DNA of 64,000 nt, taken from Candidatus Woesearchaeota archaeon (GTDB taxonomy: Archaea; Nanobdellota; Nanobdellia; Woesearchaeales; GW2011-AR4). Positions 60,382-64,000 of the stretch are shown here, one piece after another. The stretch spans positions 98,644 through 162,643 of the forward strand of contig JACPMX010000006.1 in the NCBI GenBank assembly GCA_016185755.1, given 5' to 3'. Under the pieces are notes generated by a model. It worked only from the letters and a program-made list of their open reading frames with translations. It did no database searches and had not been told where the DNA came from. Each line of letters opens with the position of its first letter. Within the stretch, counting starts at the first letter, position 1. The position numbers and the translations under genes are program-made.

Positions 60382-62934
60382 TTATCCTACAGAGCCTTCC
60401 ATGTTCATTGCAATCAGCCTGTTCAATTCGATTGCATATTCAAGCGGCAATTCCTTTGTGAAAGGCTCCATGAACCCCGATACAATCATTGTCATTGCCT
60501 GATCCTGTGAAAGGCCTCTTGACATCAGGTAAAACAGTTGCTCTTCCCCGATTTTTCCGACTGTTGCCTCGTGCTCAATTGTAACGTCCTTTTCATTTAT
60601 CTCCATGTAAGGGACAGTGTCTGATGCTGATTTGTCATCCAAGATTAAAGCATCACAAGTTACATGGCTTTTGACATTCCTGCACCCCTCTGCAACATGC
60701 AGCAATCCCCTGTAAGTTGTTTTTCCCCCGTCCTTGCTAACTGATTTTGATGTTATTCTCGATGTGGTATTCGGGGCCATGTGCAGTATTTTTCCTCCTG
60801 CATCCTGGTGCTGGCCTTTGCCTGCAAAAGCAACGCTCAAAATCTCAGCTTTCGCGTTTTCCCCCAATAAGTATATGCTTGGATATTTCATGGTTATCTT
60901 GCTTCCCAGATTGCCGTCAACCCAGAATACAGTTGAATTCTTGTGGGCAAATGCCCTCTTTGTGACGAGATTGTAGACATTGTTGCTCCAGTTCTGTATT
61001 GTTGTATATTGGATGCGAGAGCCTTCCAGGGCAATCAGCTCAACAACTGCAGAGTGCAATGAATCAGATGAATATACAGGGGCTGTGCAGTTATGAACTA
61101 TAATTCCATGGCTTACGTAGGATTCATCCTCGACCACGCTGAAATTATAAACTTCCAAATTTGCAACAATTTCTTTAATTATATTTTTAATAGGCACAAA
61201 TGCATAATTTTCTGTAATTTTGGCATACGACACAAGCTCTTGCTTTAAAAGCAAATTCCCATCAGAGCTTTCATTTACTGCATGCTCTACGATGTTTGAG
61301 AAATTTTCCAAGTGAGAGCCACCTACATAGATAACAAATGAATTGCTTCTTGGAATTATTTTATTCCAAACATTAATTGAAGCAAAAACATTCAACCTTA
61401 GCAGAATGTCTCTTGTCTGCTCTGCAAGCATCTCAGAAATTGTGTTTATCCTGAACATTCTTTTATTTCCCCAAGCATACTTTTTGCTTATGAAGCTCCC
61501 ATCCCCTCTCCAGTACCCTTTAATGAATTCTGCCTGCTTTTCAGTGGCTTCGAGCATAAACCATTTTGGCAATGATTTGTTTTTTGCTCCTTTTCCAAAT
61601 TCTTGCTTAAATAATCTTGCAGCCAAAGTGCTGCACAATACTAATGAAATCCCACCTTTGTATTCTTCCTGCTCTAAAGGAGCTTTTCCAAAGAATTTTT
61701 CAAGCAACTCTTTTACATCATCAATATATTCTCTTTCCTTCTTATTAAAAGTGAATGTCAAATAATTTTCCCCTATTATGCTGCCTTCCGCCATGTAATA
61801 TCCGACAAGCCTGAAAAAATCTTTGTTTGTATTTATCTTGAAATCAATTATTTTTGATGGGTGTCTTCCTCTTCCTATTTTTACGGAAAAGAATCTTTCG
61901 TCTTGTGAGATAACTGTCCTTTCTATTGGCATTGCAACATAATCATATCTGTCCAATTGCCCTGCTTCAATCCATTCAGGCTTCCATTCGGTATTTTTGT
62001 ACTCTGCTTTTTGCCTTTTAACTGCAAGAATAGGATGACCTCCCGTTATTTTTATTTCCTGCCTTGTATCTCCGTAATACTTTATAGTGCATAATGTTCC
62101 ATCATGCTTTCTTTTTTGAGTTTTGTAAACTTTCTTGTAAGAATTTGTGTGAGTAAGAACAACGTCATTTTCTTTAATTTCTTCAATTTTCTTAGTTCCT
62201 TCTATCGTTTTTATTGAAGTGCCTTTTACGAAGCATCCCTCAATGTAATGCACTGAAGAGCCCGGCTCTGCAACTATCAAAGTCCTTTCAAACTGCCCCA
62301 TGTTCTGGGCATTTATCCTGAAATAAGCCTGCAAGGGCAGGTCAACTTTCACTCCGGCCGGGATATACACAAATGAGCCTCCTGACCATACTGCGCTGTT
62401 TAAAGCAGCAAGCTTGTTGTCATTGTAAGGAATGACTGTTCCAAAATATTTCTTCACAATGTTGGGATATTCCCTTAAGCCGCCGTCCATGTCGAGGAAA
62501 ACAACACCTTGTTTTGCCAAATCATCCCTTATTTTGTGATAGATCACTTCGCTTTCATACTGGGCCCCCACTCCTCCTAAAAATTTCTGCTCGGCTTCAG
62601 GAATTCCCAATTTATTGAATGTGTTCTTTATGTATTCAGGCACGTCTTCCCATGAATCACCCTGCCGGTCCGTGGGCCTCAGGTAATAGAATATATTCTC
62701 AAAATCTATTGTGTTTAAGTTTGCTCCCCATTGCGGCATTGGCCTCTTGTAGAATTCCTCCAATGATTTCAGCCTGAACTTCAGCATCCATTCGGGCTCG
62801 TTCTTTATCTTGGAAATCTGCTCCACTATCTCTTTTGAAAGGCCTCTCTTTGCCTTGAACACGAATTCTTCCTTGTCATGGAACCCATACTTGCTGTAGT
62901 CCTTGTCAAAAACCTGTTCACTTTGCGGTGCCAT
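60382..62934 (-). CDS. sufB: Fe-S cluster assembly protein SufB, intein-containing precursor
   Basis: 850-aa ORF. The extein junction HYIEG|C...HN|CTAPVYS restores the conserved EGCTAP motif. The mature protein would be 468 aa. Confidence 0.92.
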   Translation of the reverse strand: MAPQSEQVFDKDYSKYGFHDKEEFVFKAKRGLSKEIVEQISKIKNEPEWMLKFRLKSLEEFYKRPMPQWGANLNTIDFENIFYYLRPTDRQGDSWEDVPEYIKNTFNKLGIPEAEQKFLGGVGAQYESEVIYHKIRDDLAKQGVVFLDMDGGLREYPNIVKKYFGTVIPYNDNKLAALNSAVWSGGSFVYIPAGVKVDLPLQAYFRINAQNMGQFERTLIVAEPGSSVHYIEGCFVKGTSIKTIEGTKKIEEIKENDVVLTHTNSYKKVYKTQKRKHDGTLCTIKYYGDTRQEIKITGGHPILAVKRQKAEYKNTEWKPEWIEAGQLDRYDYVAMPIERTVISQDERFFSVKIGRGRHPSKIIDFKINTNKDFFRLVGYYMAEGSIIGENYLTFTFNKKEREYIDDVKELLEKFFGKAPLEQEEYKGGISLVLCSTLAARLFKQEFGKGAKNKSLPKWFMLEATEKQAEFIKGYWRGDGSFISKKYAWGNKRMFRINTISEMLAEQTRDILLRLNVFASINVWNKIIPRSNSFVIYVGGSHLENFSNIVEHAVNESSDGNLLLKQELVSYAKITENYAFVPIKNIIKEIVANLEVYNFSVVEDESYVSHGIIVHNCTAPVYSSDSLHSAVVELIALEGSRIQYTTIQNWSNNVYNLVTKRAFAHKNSTVFWVDGNLGSKITMKYPSIYLLGENAKAEILSVAFAGKGQHQDAGGKILHMAPNTTSRITSKSVSKDGGKTTYRGLLHVAEGCRNVKSHVTCDALILDDKSASDTVPYMEINEKDVTIEHEATVGKIGEEQLFYLMSRGLSQDQAMTMIVSGFMEPFTKELPLEYAIELNRLIAMNMEGSVG
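61090..62235 (-). mobile_element. SufB intein (382 aa) with LAGLIDADG homing-endonuclease domain
   Basis: Starts at Cys234 (CFVKGTSIKT) and ends at His-Asn615, followed by Cys+1. Block B TGGHP. LAGLIDADG-like FFRLVGYYMAEGS and FIKGYWRGDGSF. Confidence 0.85.
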
Positions 62935-62936
62935 TT

Positions 62937-63335
62937 TTAGTTAGTCTTTATAGTTATTAATTCTTCATCGAAGCATACGTTGCAGTGCTTCAAGTCTTTT
63001 GATTGTGCCCGGTGTATGTCGCATAGAACCTGCCTTACTGTGGTGAGGTTGGTAATCCTGTACATCTCGGCCATCAGCCTTTGCTTGGCATTTTTGTCGG
63101 TAAGAACCTTATCAGCAGACTTCCTTATTTCGTTTACAACAGCATCGCTGAAGACAACTTCCCTTGCCCTCTTTGAGTGCTGGTATTGGGATATTGCAGC
63201 CTCTGTCAGCCCAAGTATCTTTGCAGCTTCCTTTTGGCTTCGCTTGTGCTCTTTTATGAAAATTCTTGCCAATTCCCTTCTTATGGCAGGCAGGATGTAC
63301 CTTACTTCTATCTCCTGCGGCATAGTCTCTTGCAT
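62937..63335 (-). CDS. HTH regulator with C-terminal Cys/His cluster
   Basis: SQKEAAKILGLTEAAISQYQHSKRA (XRE-like HTH) and C-terminal CDIHRAQSKDLKHCNVC. Lies immediately upstream of sufB on the same strand. Confidence 0.55.
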   Translation of the reverse strand: MQETMPQEIEVRYILPAIRRELARIFIKEHKRSQKEAAKILGLTEAAISQYQHSKRAREVVFSDAVVNEIRKSADKVLTDKNAKQRLMAEMYRITNLTTVRQVLCDIHRAQSKDLKHCNVCFDEELITIKTN

Positions 63336-63392
63336 GTACTTAACAATTGTTAACTAATATATAAAGTTTGTGATACTTACTTGTAGATAGAA

Positions 63393-63851
63393 TTAAGTGT
63401 ACTGCCTGGATGATACTAGGATTGGAATTGCAGCTGCTTCTGCCCTTATTTTAAAAGAATAGCCATTCTGGGACTCTAGATACCTACTCGATCTTCTGAA
63501 ATTGCCGCTTACGGTATACCAAGACTTACCGTCATAAGAGACCTGCTGCCTTAAATCATAATCGCCATCGGTACCGCTATATTGCAGATGATGGTCAATT
63601 CCCCGAGACCCATTCCTAAAAACCATGGAGTTCAGCTTCACATCTTTTCCAATCAAATCAGGAAGCATAAGATCAAGCCCGGGGCAGTCAAAAAGGACAA
63701 TTGTCTTAGAGAAATCACCGTTCCTTACAATAACATCAAACCTCCTCAAGCCGCTTTCATACTCTGTCGGAACAACTTCGGCAAGCGTTCCATCAAAGTC
63801 TCTGATTTCCTTCACCTTTTCAATGTTCAGGATTCGCTCGAGCGCAGGCAT
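63393..63851 (-). CDS. hypothetical protein
   Basis: 152-aa ORF with an ATG start, no motif. Confidence 0.4.
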   Translation of the reverse strand: MPALERILNIEKVKEIRDFDGTLAEVVPTEYESGLRRFDVIVRNGDFSKTIVLFDCPGLDLMLPDLIGKDVKLNSMVFRNGSRGIDHHLQYSGTDGDYDLRQQVSYDGKSWYTVSGNFRRSSRYLESQNGYSFKIRAEAAAIPILVSSRQYT

Positions 63852-64000
63852 GCCTTTGCAATATGGAAAAATTAAATATAAAATTTCAGTATAGCTAATT
63901 TACAGAATATGCCGGGCGGTTTTTAAACCGGCGATTGCGAGCCTTGAGTGACAATCTCCTAAAATTTTTAAATAAGCCGGCATTTTTCCTGTTATGCGCT

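Noticed and set aside
1-64000. CRISPR arrays, cas genes, rRNA genes, RNase P or SRP RNA
   Set aside because: I found no regularly spaced direct repeats, no Cas-like motifs, and no rRNA-like or other long conserved RNA segments while reading both strands.

Overview
Archaeal chromosomal segment of about 90 densely packed genes on both strands. Archaeal identity follows directly from gene content: TFB, aEF-1alpha, aEF-2 with the diphthamide motif, ribosomal proteins S10, L7Ae, S28e and L24e, an archaeal-type AMP phosphorylase, and Taw3. Short overlapping genes, many orphan ORFs, giant surface proteins and intron-rich tRNAs suggest a small-genome DPANN-like lineage, but that is inference only. 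Core blocks are tuf-rps10, fusA, rpl7ae-rps28e-rpl24e-ndk, and a SUF Fe-S operon (sufB-sufD-x-sufS-sufU-sufC-iscA) whose sufB carries a 382-aa LAGLIDADG intein. There are four tRNA genes, and three are interrupted by one, two and three introns, mostly at non-canonical positions. The most unusual item is a 3.9-kb transposon-like unit (4158-8057) inserted between a Trm112-like gene and tfb. It has a 9-bp target-site duplication and imperfect terminal inverted repeats. It carries a DDE transposase plus an RHH-DGQHR (DndB-like) gene and a NYN/LabA-like gene, which together look like an undescribed two-gene defence or addiction cassette. Other observations: a dispersed ~55-nt two-hairpin repeat family with compensatory stem changes; a strongly structured intergenic element at 48.6 kb; tandem HIT paralogs lacking the nucleophilic His; tandem C2H2 micro-ORFs; a block of orphan genes at 31-38 kb that includes a TIM-barrel protein with a ~300-aa insertion; and three paralogous surface proteins. 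No rRNA, CRISPR array or cas genes were seen. All functional calls rest on motif recognition by eye, because no database search or computation was possible.
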